From positions 1 to 27,730 of the forward strand of contig CAZPWM010000036.1 in assembly GCA_964590575.1 (NCBI GenBank): a stretch of 27,730 nucleotides of DNA, written 5' to 3'. Position 1 is the stretch's first letter; each line of letters begins with the position of its first letter. Below, one piece after another: positions 1 to 8,960 of this stretch. Position numbers and translations under genes: made by a program. The notes below the pieces were generated by a model, which was given only the letters and a program-made list of their open reading frames with translations, ran no database searches and was not told the origin of the DNA. The stretch is from an uncultured archaeon (GTDB lineage Archaea; Asgardarchaeota; Thorarchaeia; Thorarchaeales; Thorarchaeaceae).

Positions 1-47
1 AGTACTTCTACGAGGTTCTAACATACCTGAAGTATATGCATCTTCCA

Positions 48-533
48 TCATAGGAAACGTTCATACATCTGGACAAGCATGCCCACGGATTGTTCATACG
101 GTTTTCCCCATGGACGAAAACCAAACTTTTTCATGAGTTTCTCCCCTGCCTCTTGCCCAACGAGAATATTGCAATAGTTCCTCTTGCATCCGTGCGCCCG
201 ACCATAATCTGCAAACTGAATGTACATGGCTGAAGCTAATCCTGTAGCTCTGCATTCTGGACGCACTGTCTGATGTTCGCCGTAGAGACCCTTATCGGTG
301 ATCTTTGCTTTGTAGAGACCAACAATCCGCCCTTGAAGTCGACTTCCAAAATAGTGGTAACCGTTCTTCATCTCCTCAATTATTTGCTCAGGAGTGTATA
401 TTCTCTGATTTCGCCAGTGTTCAGGATAATCCGTGGCAAGTGGCCAGACCTGTCTGAAGAGCTCTGAGATTTCCTCAGCGTCTTCTTGGCTAAATTCAAT
501 AATGCGAATCTCTTCAGCTGGATACTCTTCCAT
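48..533 (-). CDS. GNAT-family N-acetyltransferase
   Basis: GNAT pattern: 'IRIIEFSQEDAEEISELF', acetyl-CoA motif A-like 'VRPECRATGLASAM', C-terminal 'KLMKKFGF'. ORF track starts at TTG 545; I prefer ATG 533 because a TATA-like TTATAG lies at 565-570 (minus). Confidence 0.8.
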   Translation of the reverse strand: MEEYPAEEIRIIEFSQEDAEEISELFRQVWPLATDYPEHWRNQRIYTPEQIIEEMKNGYHYFGSRLQGRIVGLYKAKITDKGLYGEHQTVRPECRATGLASAMYIQFADYGRAHGCKRNYCNILVGQEAGEKLMKKFGFRPWGKPYEQSVGMLVQMYERFL

Positions 534-584
534 GATTCTCAACAAAACAAGAAGATTTCAGGGCTATAACTGCTAGGTTTGAGT

Positions 585-1712
585 CTATCTCTGTGTTTGA
601 GCGGCCCAATCATACGCTTCCTGGTTAGGTGTGCATCCACCACATTTGTGGCACCCAGCAACAGTATTTTCTGGGTTCAAGTCATTGTTATAGAGAATCG
701 TTCCAATCCTCTTGTAGAATCCAATCGAGGTGTCTAAATCACCGACATATGCAGGAATATAATTTGCAAGTTGACTACCATGAGACGGTCGAACCGGAGC
801 CACAACGGGTAAGACGCCAACCTCAGCTAATTCCTCAACCAAAGCAAGTGTCTTAGAAGTATCCTCTCCGAGACCATATAGTAAGAATGTGCTGACATTC
901 CCTCTACCAAAGTAGTCAAGGGCATACTGCCAGCTTCTATGATACAATTCAAGAGAGCCGTACTGAAATTTTCCTGGGCACATCTCTTCTCGGGTCGATT
1001 CGTCAGCGCTTTCAATGTGTATGCCAACAGCATTTGCACCTGCATTAGCTACATCGCGAATCATACCAATTTCCATTGGAGGTTCAAACTGAACCCCTAT
1101 TGGAATATTACTGACTTGTCGTATGGCTTCAATAATTCTGCGTAGGGGTTCTAAACTAGCATCAGGAGTTTCAGGTGTTCCTGTCGTTAGCAGCATGTCT
1201 TCAACAACACCCTCACGCTCTGCTGCAAGCAGGACTTCAACAAGTTGATCGGGAGTCTTTTCAAGAACACTATCATCTGACAAATGCGATATAGGAATTG
1301 TGCAGAATTTGCACTGGGTTCCATTACTCCAATACCTACATGCTTGATAGATTGTCGTTGCAAGGGTTTGAGTTCCATGCAATAAGGCAATTTTGTAATA
1401 CGGGACCCCCTCATTGGTAGTTAAATCGTAGAACTTGGGTCTCGGAACCATCTTCAATTCAATTTCATTATCGTATATCCATGTGCTTGAATCATCCGTT
1501 GGTTCAAGAGATGCAGAATCGTACTTCTTAGCAATCTCTCCTTGCCTTATAGGGACTCCACATGGTTTGCCATTTGGAAGAACAAAGTACCGAGCCCCTA
1601 CTGGTCCAGCTCCCCCTTTTCGACCTTTCCACTGATCGTCTGGAAGACTAGCACCTTCTGTTAGAAGTCTCACCTTCAGGCGAAGTATATCTTCTGCGTC
1701 CATGACAGTCAC
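585..1712 (-). CDS. Radical SAM protein, MSMEG_0568/NitD-like family
   Basis: Extended CX8CX2C motif 'CRYWSNGTQCKFC', preceded by 'GVPYYKIALLHG..TLATT..Q'; N-terminal 'RKGGAGP'; C-terminal 'AGCHKCGGC'. All are recalled as typical of MSMEG_0568-type radical SAM proteins. Alternative start ATG 1703. Confidence 0.8.
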   Translation of the reverse strand: MTVMDAEDILRLKVRLLTEGASLPDDQWKGRKGGAGPVGARYFVLPNGKPCGVPIRQGEIAKKYDSASLEPTDDSSTWIYDNEIELKMVPRPKFYDLTTNEGVPYYKIALLHGTQTLATTIYQACRYWSNGTQCKFCTIPISHLSDDSVLEKTPDQLVEVLLAAEREGVVEDMLLTTGTPETPDASLEPLRRIIEAIRQVSNIPIGVQFEPPMEIGMIRDVANAGANAVGIHIESADESTREEMCPGKFQYGSLELYHRSWQYALDYFGRGNVSTFLLYGLGEDTSKTLALVEELAEVGVLPVVAPVRPSHGSQLANYIPAYVGDLDTSIGFYKRIGTILYNNDLNPENTVAGCHKCGGCTPNQEAYDWAAQTQR

Positions 1713-1731
1713 AATTTCCTATTTTCGAATC

Positions 1732-2856
1732 CTAATCTGCTTTCACATCGCGGCCCTTACTACCTCGCATTACGAACTCAGGCAAGTCAAGAACCGTTAT
1801 GGTTTCGCCTGATTGTGAATCTAACATTTCCTTACAAAATGGACACGATGTCACAAGATAACGTGCATCAATATTTTTGGCCTGACGTATTCTTTCCGCT
1901 CCTATCTTCTTTGCATGCTCTGGAAATAGGGTTCTAAGCCCTGCACCATTGCCACAGCACATCGCATTATCCCTATTCCGTTCCATCTCAACAACAGCTG
2001 TTCCAGATACTCGTTCAATCACATCTCGTGGTGCGTCATAGATACCGGAATGGCGTCCAAGATGACAAGGATCATGAAATGAAACGGATCCATTGAAATC
2101 TGCGGTTGGTAGCTTATCCAAGGATTTAGACAGGAATTCACTGATGTGTCGTACAGGTTTGTTGAGTTCGTGTCCATTTTTAGTGTAGTCAGAAGTGAGT
2201 GCCCGATAGCAACCAGGGCATGTTACTACAATCTCCTCAGCATCTATGCTATTTAATGCCTCAACATTGTGAGCTGCCAGATCCAGAGCAGACTTTAAAT
2301 CTCCAGTCCGAAATAGTGGACTTCCACAGCACCACTCATCAGGTGTGATCTTAACCGAATATCCAAGTTGTTCAAGAAGGGATACCGTATCTTGAGCAGA
2401 GGTTTTCTCACGATACGCGGCTGTGCAACCTGTGAAGTACAGGATTTTTGGACCCTTTGAGTCACCAGTCTTTATCCAATCATTCCGTTTTGTGTGATTT
2501 TCGCCAAATGGGTTGTGGGTTTCTTTGACAAGGCTTGCAAGTCGAGATATACCCGCAGGCTGCCGGTTTGTCCTCACCAATTCCAGTCGTTTGTTTTCGA
2601 CAAGAGCAGCTATGTCAATTTCCGGTTTGCACCATATGAGACAGTGACTACATTCAAGACACTGATATAGCACTTCCACTCCACGTTCATCTATCGCACG
2701 AGTGCCAATGAGTTCCTGATGTAATAGTAGTGCACGTCCGTGAGGTGTAGGTGAGTCTGATCTCCAGGCAAAAAAGGTTGGACACACATGCCGGCACATC
2801 TTTGGACACGCAGCACACATCCTCACTTGTTCTGCAATCATATCTGGTTCCATCAA
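1732..2856 (-). CDS. Fe-S oxidoreductase, HdrD/GlpC/GlcF-like (ferredoxin-type motifs + 2 CCG domains)
   Basis: 'CAACPKMCRHVCP', 'CLECSHCLIWC', CCG domains 'FTGC...WCCG...TCPGC' and 'FHDPCHLGR...MCCG...SCPFC'. Start overlaps upstream stop (ATGA). Confidence 0.85.
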   Translation of the reverse strand: MMEPDMIAEQVRMCAACPKMCRHVCPTFFAWRSDSPTPHGRALLLHQELIGTRAIDERGVEVLYQCLECSHCLIWCKPEIDIAALVENKRLELVRTNRQPAGISRLASLVKETHNPFGENHTKRNDWIKTGDSKGPKILYFTGCTAAYREKTSAQDTVSLLEQLGYSVKITPDEWCCGSPLFRTGDLKSALDLAAHNVEALNSIDAEEIVVTCPGCYRALTSDYTKNGHELNKPVRHISEFLSKSLDKLPTADFNGSVSFHDPCHLGRHSGIYDAPRDVIERVSGTAVVEMERNRDNAMCCGNGAGLRTLFPEHAKKIGAERIRQAKNIDARYLVTSCPFCKEMLDSQSGETITVLDLPEFVMRGSKGRDVKAD

Positions 2857-4280
2857 TCACGTGCCCCCAGTCCAAGTTTTCCAGGATTCATAATTCCATT
2901 GGGATCCAAGACGTCTTTGATCTTCTTTAAAACCAAAAAACCGGACCCGAGTTCATCAGCTATATATGTGCTACGAGAGAGACCAACCCCATGTTGATGA
3001 CTCATTGTACCACCTTCGCGAAGACAAGCAGCTACTCCAACATCCCAGATTCTCTTGTACGTCGCCCAAGCTGTTTCTGCATCAGGTTGTGAAGTAAAGA
3101 AGATCATGTAGATGCTGCCGCCATTCGGATACATATGTGAAAAATGAGACATTACTACTGCATCTTCTGCTTCCATAACCTCCTTCATGGCATGGTATAC
3201 ATTTTCCAGCTTATCATAGGTAGCAACAATGTCGATTGTGTCTCCTATTGCATACCCACCAGTAGTCAGGCGGGTCGGATAGTACATATCATACCGATGT
3301 TCCCACCACCGTTTCGATGGACCTTCTCCTCGGTCAGTCCCACCCTCCTCTAGACATATTTTATTCGACTGCAGCTCGTCTATTTCGACTTTCTTTAAAG
3401 CCCCATCAAAAGCTAGAAGAAGCATACAGTGGCCTTCTTCGAATTCAAAGTGCAGTGAGAAGCTCAAAGCAGCATCCTCAGGATCGTAAAGTCGCACCAC
3501 AGATGGGAAAATGCCTGCTCTGAAGATCTTTCGAATAGCCTCAAGTCCGCTGTGCACATCAGGAAAACTAATACTTCTAAATCTGCGTTCTTCGGGGATT
3601 GGAAATAGCCTCAGTGTTGCACTTGTGATAATTCCAAGAGTTCCCTCGGACCCAATGAAGATTTGACGAAGATCAGGACCGACAGAATGTCGTGGAACGG
3701 CTTTTGTTTCAATTATAGACCCATCGGGAAGGACAACTTGGAGTCCCAATGTTAGGTCCTCGATTTTACCATAGAGAGAGGACATTGAGCCTCCTGATCT
3801 GGTCGCAATGAAACCCCCAATGTTAGATGCTCGAAGCGAAGTTGGTGTGTGTCCGGTGGTGTATCCAACCCGATTGACCTCTTCCTCAAGATCGATTCCA
3901 ACAACTCCGGCTTGGACTCGAACGAGCATGGAAACATGGTCAATTTCTAGAATTTTATCTAGACGCTTAAGGTCTAATTGAATCCCACCATAAATTGGAA
4001 GTGTTCCACCACATGTACCTGCTCCACCACCGACAGGGGTCACAGGGATTTTCAACTTGTTTGCTACAACTAATATTTTGGAAACCTCATCAACAGTTCC
4101 GGGAAATACAATAAGGTCAGCAAGAGGTAGTATCTCGCCAGCTCGGATTTTTGCTTCACTAAGAGGCCATGCATCGTGGGCATTTAGAATTTGGTCAGTT
4201 TTGTGTTTGGTTACATGTTCGGAACCAACGATTTTTGCTATTTGCCCAAAGGCATCCTGCTTCGTTTTTTCATCAAGCAT
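2853..4280 (-). CDS. FAD-binding oxidoreductase (VAO/GlcD superfamily), alkyl-dihydroxyacetonephosphate synthase-like
   Basis: PCMH FAD-binding motifs 'PVGGGAGTCGG', 'GHTPTS..SNIGG.IATRSGG..S..YGKIED', 'GPDL...FIGSEGTLGIIT'; AGPS-like C-terminus 'SHFSHMYPNGGSIY', 'SHQHGVG', 'LDPNGIMNPGKL'. SD AGGAGTGA precedes ATG 4280 (ORF track start 4316). Confidence 0.8.
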   Translation of the reverse strand: MLDEKTKQDAFGQIAKIVGSEHVTKHKTDQILNAHDAWPLSEAKIRAGEILPLADLIVFPGTVDEVSKILVVANKLKIPVTPVGGGAGTCGGTLPIYGGIQLDLKRLDKILEIDHVSMLVRVQAGVVGIDLEEEVNRVGYTTGHTPTSLRASNIGGFIATRSGGSMSSLYGKIEDLTLGLQVVLPDGSIIETKAVPRHSVGPDLRQIFIGSEGTLGIITSATLRLFPIPEERRFRSISFPDVHSGLEAIRKIFRAGIFPSVVRLYDPEDAALSFSLHFEFEEGHCMLLLAFDGALKKVEIDELQSNKICLEEGGTDRGEGPSKRWWEHRYDMYYPTRLTTGGYAIGDTIDIVATYDKLENVYHAMKEVMEAEDAVVMSHFSHMYPNGGSIYMIFFTSQPDAETAWATYKRIWDVGVAACLREGGTMSHQHGVGLSRSTYIADELGSGFLVLKKIKDVLDPNGIMNPGKLGLGARD

Positions 4281-4287
4281 ATACCGC

Positions 4288-5526
4288 TCACTCCTTCTTA
4301 GGTAGTCTTTGGGCAATGAACACCGTCAAATCATCTACTTCAACGGAACTCCCAGCCTTGAAGAGATTACTCTCTATTTGCGCTGTGCACAAGGGACATG
4401 GAGTTACTATTCTATCGGCTCCAGTCTTCTTAATTGCCTCTAGATTCTCCTTGACGACGGCATTGGATACAGTACTGGAATGGTATGACACCATACCGCC
4501 TCCACCACAGCAAGAGTCATACGCTTCTGATTCAGAAACCCTTACACCAGGCAACTCTTTGAGAATATTTAGTGCATGATCCATAATCTGCCGAGATGTG
4601 TGTCTTATGAGGTGGCAAGGGTCATGAACGGTAACATGAACTTTTGATATCTCTGGAGATTTCTTCAAAACAGTTCTCAATTTTTCTAATCCTATGTCCT
4701 CAACAATGAATTCCAAGATATGAACAGTTGGAACACCCCATTCATTGTGATGTGAAATATCCGATAGATTAGATGTGCAACCAGCGCAGGTGGTAACAAC
4801 TTTCTTGACTCCTAGAACCTTGACTTTCTCTTTAAGCCTTTTAGCTAAGGATTTTGCTGTTTCATCATCCCCCATTAATCGAGCTGGTAGTCCGCAACAT
4901 GACATCTCATCTAGTAGCGTATAGTCAATATCAAAATAGTCTAAGATGACTTTAGCCGCCTCTCGTACTTCTTGAGCCCGTTCTTCAGCCTGACAACCGG
5001 GATAGAACAAAACTTCAGCCCTGTCAACAATCCGGTCCTCTATGAATGGCAGACGAAGCCGTTCGAGTCTCATGTCCCTGCTCTCAGCCTTCTCGGTCTT
5101 GTCCTCCCATGGCTCGAATGCCAGCGAATGTTCGCTGAGAAGTTCTAGAACAATGTGGAATCCCTTAGGGACAAGATCAGGACGATACTCAAAGATTCTA
5201 GCACGAATGAGATTGACTACCTCGGGGATATCGACATTCTTTGGGCAGACTTCACGACAGGTTCCACATCCAGTACACAAGTACACTATGTCTGCAGTGG
5301 ACCAGTACTCTGGGGGTGAACGACTCAATTCAACTGCGATACTTCTCGGTCCACTGAATCGGTCAACACCTACTGCAGCAACAACGGGACAATGATTTAT
5401 ACAAAGACCACAGTTTATGCATCTCTCTACGGATCTGATGATTTCAATCTCATTCCGATGATAAGGAGTTATTCGCTCTTTCTTGAGCGTAGTTTTAATG
5501 TAATCATAGGCTTCTTCTTCATCCAC
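4288..5526 (-). CDS. glpC: Anaerobic glycerol-3-phosphate dehydrogenase subunit C-like Fe-S protein
   Basis: Two CxxCxxCxxxCP motifs (CINCGLCINHCP, CTGCGTCREVCP) and two CCG domains; directly downstream of glpAB. Start probably GTG 5526 (or TTG 5535); ORF track extends to 5559. Confidence 0.75.
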   Translation of the reverse strand: MDEEEAYDYIKTTLKKERITPYHRNEIEIIRSVERCINCGLCINHCPVVAAVGVDRFSGPRSIAVELSRSPPEYWSTADIVYLCTGCGTCREVCPKNVDIPEVVNLIRARIFEYRPDLVPKGFHIVLELLSEHSLAFEPWEDKTEKAESRDMRLERLRLPFIEDRIVDRAEVLFYPGCQAEERAQEVREAAKVILDYFDIDYTLLDEMSCCGLPARLMGDDETAKSLAKRLKEKVKVLGVKKVVTTCAGCTSNLSDISHHNEWGVPTVHILEFIVEDIGLEKLRTVLKKSPEISKVHVTVHDPCHLIRHTSRQIMDHALNILKELPGVRVSESEAYDSCCGGGGMVSYHSSTVSNAVVKENLEAIKKTGADRIVTPCPLCTAQIESNLFKAGSSVEVDDLTVFIAQRLPKKE

Positions 5527-5527
5527 T

Positions 5528-6901
5528 TCAGGCAACCCCCTTGATTGCGTCAATTGCATTCTTTACGGCTGAGTACCCTGTTGTGGCTGCGACACCCAAC
5601 CCACTCTTTTCAGTGGAATAATCATATCCTGCTAGGATTGAGCCAGCAGCGAACAGATTTCTAGCCCATTCTACTCCATCCTCCCTTACTGGTCGAAAGT
5701 GTGGGTCAACTGTCAAACCACAGGAAAATACAGGTTGCCCTTCTGGACTGATTGAAACACGATTTGTGTAGCGAGAGGGTATAACATCATTTGCTGAATG
5801 ATATGCTCCCGTAACTGTCATCTGATTAAAAACGGGTTCTCGGATTCCATTTTGGTCCCCCTGTAATCCACCTCCTATGAATTTTCCAGAGGCTAGAATC
5901 ACTGCCTTCGTGTTTATTGTCAGCTCTCTACGTGGAGCCTTAGCTATAACTTGGGTCACCTGATTTTCCTTCATAGTGTAGGATATTGCTTCGTGACCGA
6001 CCATTAGCTTCCCGCCACTCTTTTTGAATAATCCTTCCAGAGCCAATTGAAGTCTCATACCAGGAACGGATGGTGGAAAACCTAGTAACTCAAAGACCTC
6101 CACGCCAAGTGACTTCTCCAATATGTTCTTGTTCTCAATTGCGAACTTCAGTCCTAGTACTGGTGGAAATGCCACATGAGTAGCTCCGAATTGGTCAACT
6201 TGTTTCTTCAGCTGTTCTATTATATCCTCAATAGAGTCTTTATGATCAAAATGTCGAGCGATCTCAATAGACGAGAGGTTGTATGTTTTTCCAAAGGGAG
6301 CTAACTGAAGTACGCATCCTCCCACTTTTCGGGGTGAGGCACCGATTGCTATGCGATCCTCGAGGTAGGTTTTTGCTGCGATTGATGAACTGAAATCAGG
6401 ATACCCAGTAAATCCAGCAAAGAGGAGAACACTGTCTTGATTTTGCTCAAGGGTCTCTGAATACATTGTTTTTTGGACCAGACATGTTGGCTTTGTTGTG
6501 CCAAGTATTGTGATTGGATGAATATTTGATTCAAATGAGCCAATCAATGGGGCAATTGTTTCACTAAGACTAGTCATAAGCCAGAGGAGGGATTCTCTTG
6601 CCCGACCTATAATCGCATTTGCTACTTCATCGGGTTTGACGTCCTCACCATAACCGATTATACTGTATGGATGAAGAGGAAGCAGTCCAGCGACTGCTGT
6701 AAGTCCCTCTTCTGGTGATGAAAATGGCTCGGTAGCTTCGGGAAGGTAGCCCATAACATCTATGGCTCCGGAGGAGTACGCAGTTGCACTCTGACCCTTT
6801 CGTAACAAGATTGTGGAGAAACCATTCTTTGAAGCGATAGTACCTGCAACTAGACCAGCCATTCCCCCACCAATCACAATGATATCGCATTCCATGTCCA
6901 T
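5528..6901 (-). CDS. glpB: Anaerobic glycerol-3-phosphate dehydrogenase subunit B
   Basis: 'DIIVIGGGMAGL', 'GQSATAYSSGAIDVMG', 'LGTTKPT', 'PPSVPGMRL', 'LASGKFIGGGL', 'NLFAAGSILAGYD..EKSGLGVA.TTGY' match GlpB; adjacent to glpA. Confidence 0.9.
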   Translation of the reverse strand: MDMECDIIVIGGGMAGLVAGTIASKNGFSTILLRKGQSATAYSSGAIDVMGYLPEATEPFSSPEEGLTAVAGLLPLHPYSIIGYGEDVKPDEVANAIIGRARESLLWLMTSLSETIAPLIGSFESNIHPITILGTTKPTCLVQKTMYSETLEQNQDSVLLFAGFTGYPDFSSSIAAKTYLEDRIAIGASPRKVGGCVLQLAPFGKTYNLSSIEIARHFDHKDSIEDIIEQLKKQVDQFGATHVAFPPVLGLKFAIENKNILEKSLGVEVFELLGFPPSVPGMRLQLALEGLFKKSGGKLMVGHEAISYTMKENQVTQVIAKAPRRELTINTKAVILASGKFIGGGLQGDQNGIREPVFNQMTVTGAYHSANDVIPSRYTNRVSISPEGQPVFSCGLTVDPHFRPVREDGVEWARNLFAAGSILAGYDYSTEKSGLGVAATTGYSAVKNAIDAIKGVA

Positions 6902-8548
6902 CTAATTCCCCTCCTCCCATGGCTTTGGATCATAGTCAACATCAGATTGGTCGAGGTTTCCAACACAGGAATACATGCCTTGAGCAAGCTCTTCTTGAGC
7001 AAGTTGCTCTCCTCTCATTGATGGACGAATGCCCTTCCATCTCTCTGCTCGGAAGTCCAGAATGTCAACAAGAAAGTCATCACCTTCGAGGTCTAGTTCC
7101 TCAGATAAAATTGCAGCTGCTTTGAAAGTGCAAAAAGTGCCTTGGCATGGTCCCGTGCCTAATCGTAATCTTCTACGAAGGTCATTCAGCGTTTGTGGAA
7201 ACTCATTTCTTATTGCATATCGAATTTCAGCCTCGATGATGGGTTCACATATACAAATTGTAGTCTTCCAATCAGGATTGTCTTTTGTTAATTCAAGAAC
7301 CTTGACCATCTCAGTCCCACGGCGTGCTCGCATTCGCTCTAGAGAATGCATACTGATACCATATTGAGCAGAGAGCGCTTCAATGTCCACATCATCCTCA
7401 TTACCAGGTAGAGGTACTTCATGCGTCGTGCATTTAGCATCAATCCCTAATTTCCTAACGACAATATTAGTGGCTGCTTCCGCCATATGCCGGCACATCA
7501 CAAGCTTACCACCTGTGAAGCTGATCATTCCATTTTCATGATCTATCACCTGGTATCCACGAGTCACCTTGTCCTCAGGAACATTCCATTCTGGTACCAG
7601 AGGACGGACACCAACCATTGTACGGATAATACGCGCCTCACGAATGGATGGTATTATCGACTCAATGCTCTGAAGCAGATACTCAATCTCATCATACGTA
7701 GCAACCAATGTATCAGGATTTTCCCATGTATCCAACGCAGTAGTACCAAGGAGGGTTGTATTCTCGTGAGGGAAGAGATACACCCATCGTCCATCAATTG
7801 CCTTTACGGTGATTCCAACATTCACAACTCTACGGTCTAGGATTACATGAGTACCTTTGTTGAGTCGAAGATCTAGGTTTGCGCCACTAGTTCGGGCAAT
7901 CTTGTGAGCCCATGGTCCAGCTGCATTCACCACAAGTTTTGTACTAACCGTTTCTGTTTGGCCAGAAACTCGATTATAGAATATCACCCCTCGGATTTCA
8001 TCTGTAGCCTTTTCAAAACCAATGACCTCACAATAGGTTTTGATTTCAGCCCCATGATTTCTTGCATCGAGCGCCTGAAGGAGACATAAACGAAAAGGGT
8101 CAATGAAGAATTCTTCATAGTACACACTGGCGATTACATCAGGATGAATCAATGGCTCAATTTCCAAGGTTGCTTCAGGTGTTATGAACATCATCGCAGG
8201 AACATCTCGCTCCTCTGCATGCTCAGAATAAGCGTCAATATAATCACCGTCACTGGCTGCAACACTCAAGTCAAGGAGAGGGACAAGAGTAGGATTCTTC
8301 ATGATAATATGACGAGCAATTCGGTTTAGATGCACGACTTCCGAAGAGCACATCTTCATTATCTCAGGTTCTCCTCTGTACTTGAGCCCTGAGGATATCA
8401 TTCCAGCACAAGTGCCTACTGTAGCGGAAGCTATGTCATCACGTTCCAATAGCAGAGTTCTCAGACCCCGCATTGCACAGTCGCGAACTACAGCAGTACC
8501 AGTACTTCCTCCACCAATTACGACAACATCGAATTTAGAGTCGCTCAT
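6902..8548 (-). CDS. glpA: Anaerobic glycerol-3-phosphate dehydrogenase subunit A-like (FAD + C-terminal BFD-like [2Fe-2S])
   Basis: 'DVVVIGGGSTG..VVRDCAMRGL', 'VVNAAGPWA', 'KGTH', 'LLGTT', 'GVRPL', 'GGKL'; C-terminal 'ICICE...RLRLGTGPCQGTFC', 'RWKG'. Confidence 0.88.
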   Translation of the reverse strand: MSDSKFDVVVIGGGSTGTAVVRDCAMRGLRTLLLERDDIASATVGTCAGMISSGLKYRGEPEIMKMCSSEVVHLNRIARHIIMKNPTLVPLLDLSVAASDGDYIDAYSEHAEERDVPAMMFITPEATLEIEPLIHPDVIASVYYEEFFIDPFRLCLLQALDARNHGAEIKTYCEVIGFEKATDEIRGVIFYNRVSGQTETVSTKLVVNAAGPWAHKIARTSGANLDLRLNKGTHVILDRRVVNVGITVKAIDGRWVYLFPHENTTLLGTTALDTWENPDTLVATYDEIEYLLQSIESIIPSIREARIIRTMVGVRPLVPEWNVPEDKVTRGYQVIDHENGMISFTGGKLVMCRHMAEAATNIVVRKLGIDAKCTTHEVPLPGNEDDVDIEALSAQYGISMHSLERMRARRGTEMVKVLELTKDNPDWKTTICICEPIIEAEIRYAIRNEFPQTLNDLRRRLRLGTGPCQGTFCTFKAAAILSEELDLEGDDFLVDILDFRAERWKGIRPSMRGEQLAQEELAQGMYSCVGNLDQSDVDYDPKPWEEGN

Positions 8549-8709
8549 GCATATCTTTTCCTGAGAGATTGCTTCTAGGATTAAGCTGAACGTTGATAAC
8601 GTACGTACAATACTAAGGTTTCGGATTGACTAAGAAACCTGAAAAGAACAAACAATAACCAAGATTACGTTAAAAGGAGAAATTCTGGGATTTGTTTGGT
8701 GAATATTAA

Positions 8710-8958
8710 TTGCCTAACTATGACCTTGGTACATTAGTAGTCGACAGCCATGACGTGAAAAAACTCACACAAGCCCTTGACATTCCTGATCACCGTTTTG
8801 AAGACATTGTAAACCTTGCTAGACAGGCTTGGGAGCATGAGGATACAATCAGTGAGTCGATCGAGTATATTGCTCAGAATGCAAGTGGATCAGAACTGGT
8901 ATTAGCACTCGTATTCTTTGGTCGAATCTGGGAAGACAATCATGAAGATGAAGAATAA
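8710..8958 (+). CDS. Small acidic hypothetical protein (82 aa)
   Basis: Fills the gap between glpA and the kinase; GGTGA SD before TTG; protein-like helical composition; no family recognised. Confidence 0.7.
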   Translation: MPNYDLGTLVVDSHDVKKLTQALDIPDHRFEDIVNLARQAWEHEDTISESIEYIAQNASGSELVLALVFFGRIWEDNHEDEE

Positions 8959-8960
8959 TT

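Noticed and set aside
3-53. Possible 3' end of a plus-strand gene (YFYEVLTYLKYMHLPS*) converging on the GNAT
   Set aside because: Only 16 codons are visible; cannot be supported without upstream sequence.
585-1712. Calling the radical SAM protein biotin synthase or archaeal lipoyl synthase LipS1/LipS2
   Set aside because: CX8CX2C spacing, RKGGAGP and the C-terminal AGCxxCxxC fit the MSMEG_0568 type better, and no lipoate or biotin genes are nearby.
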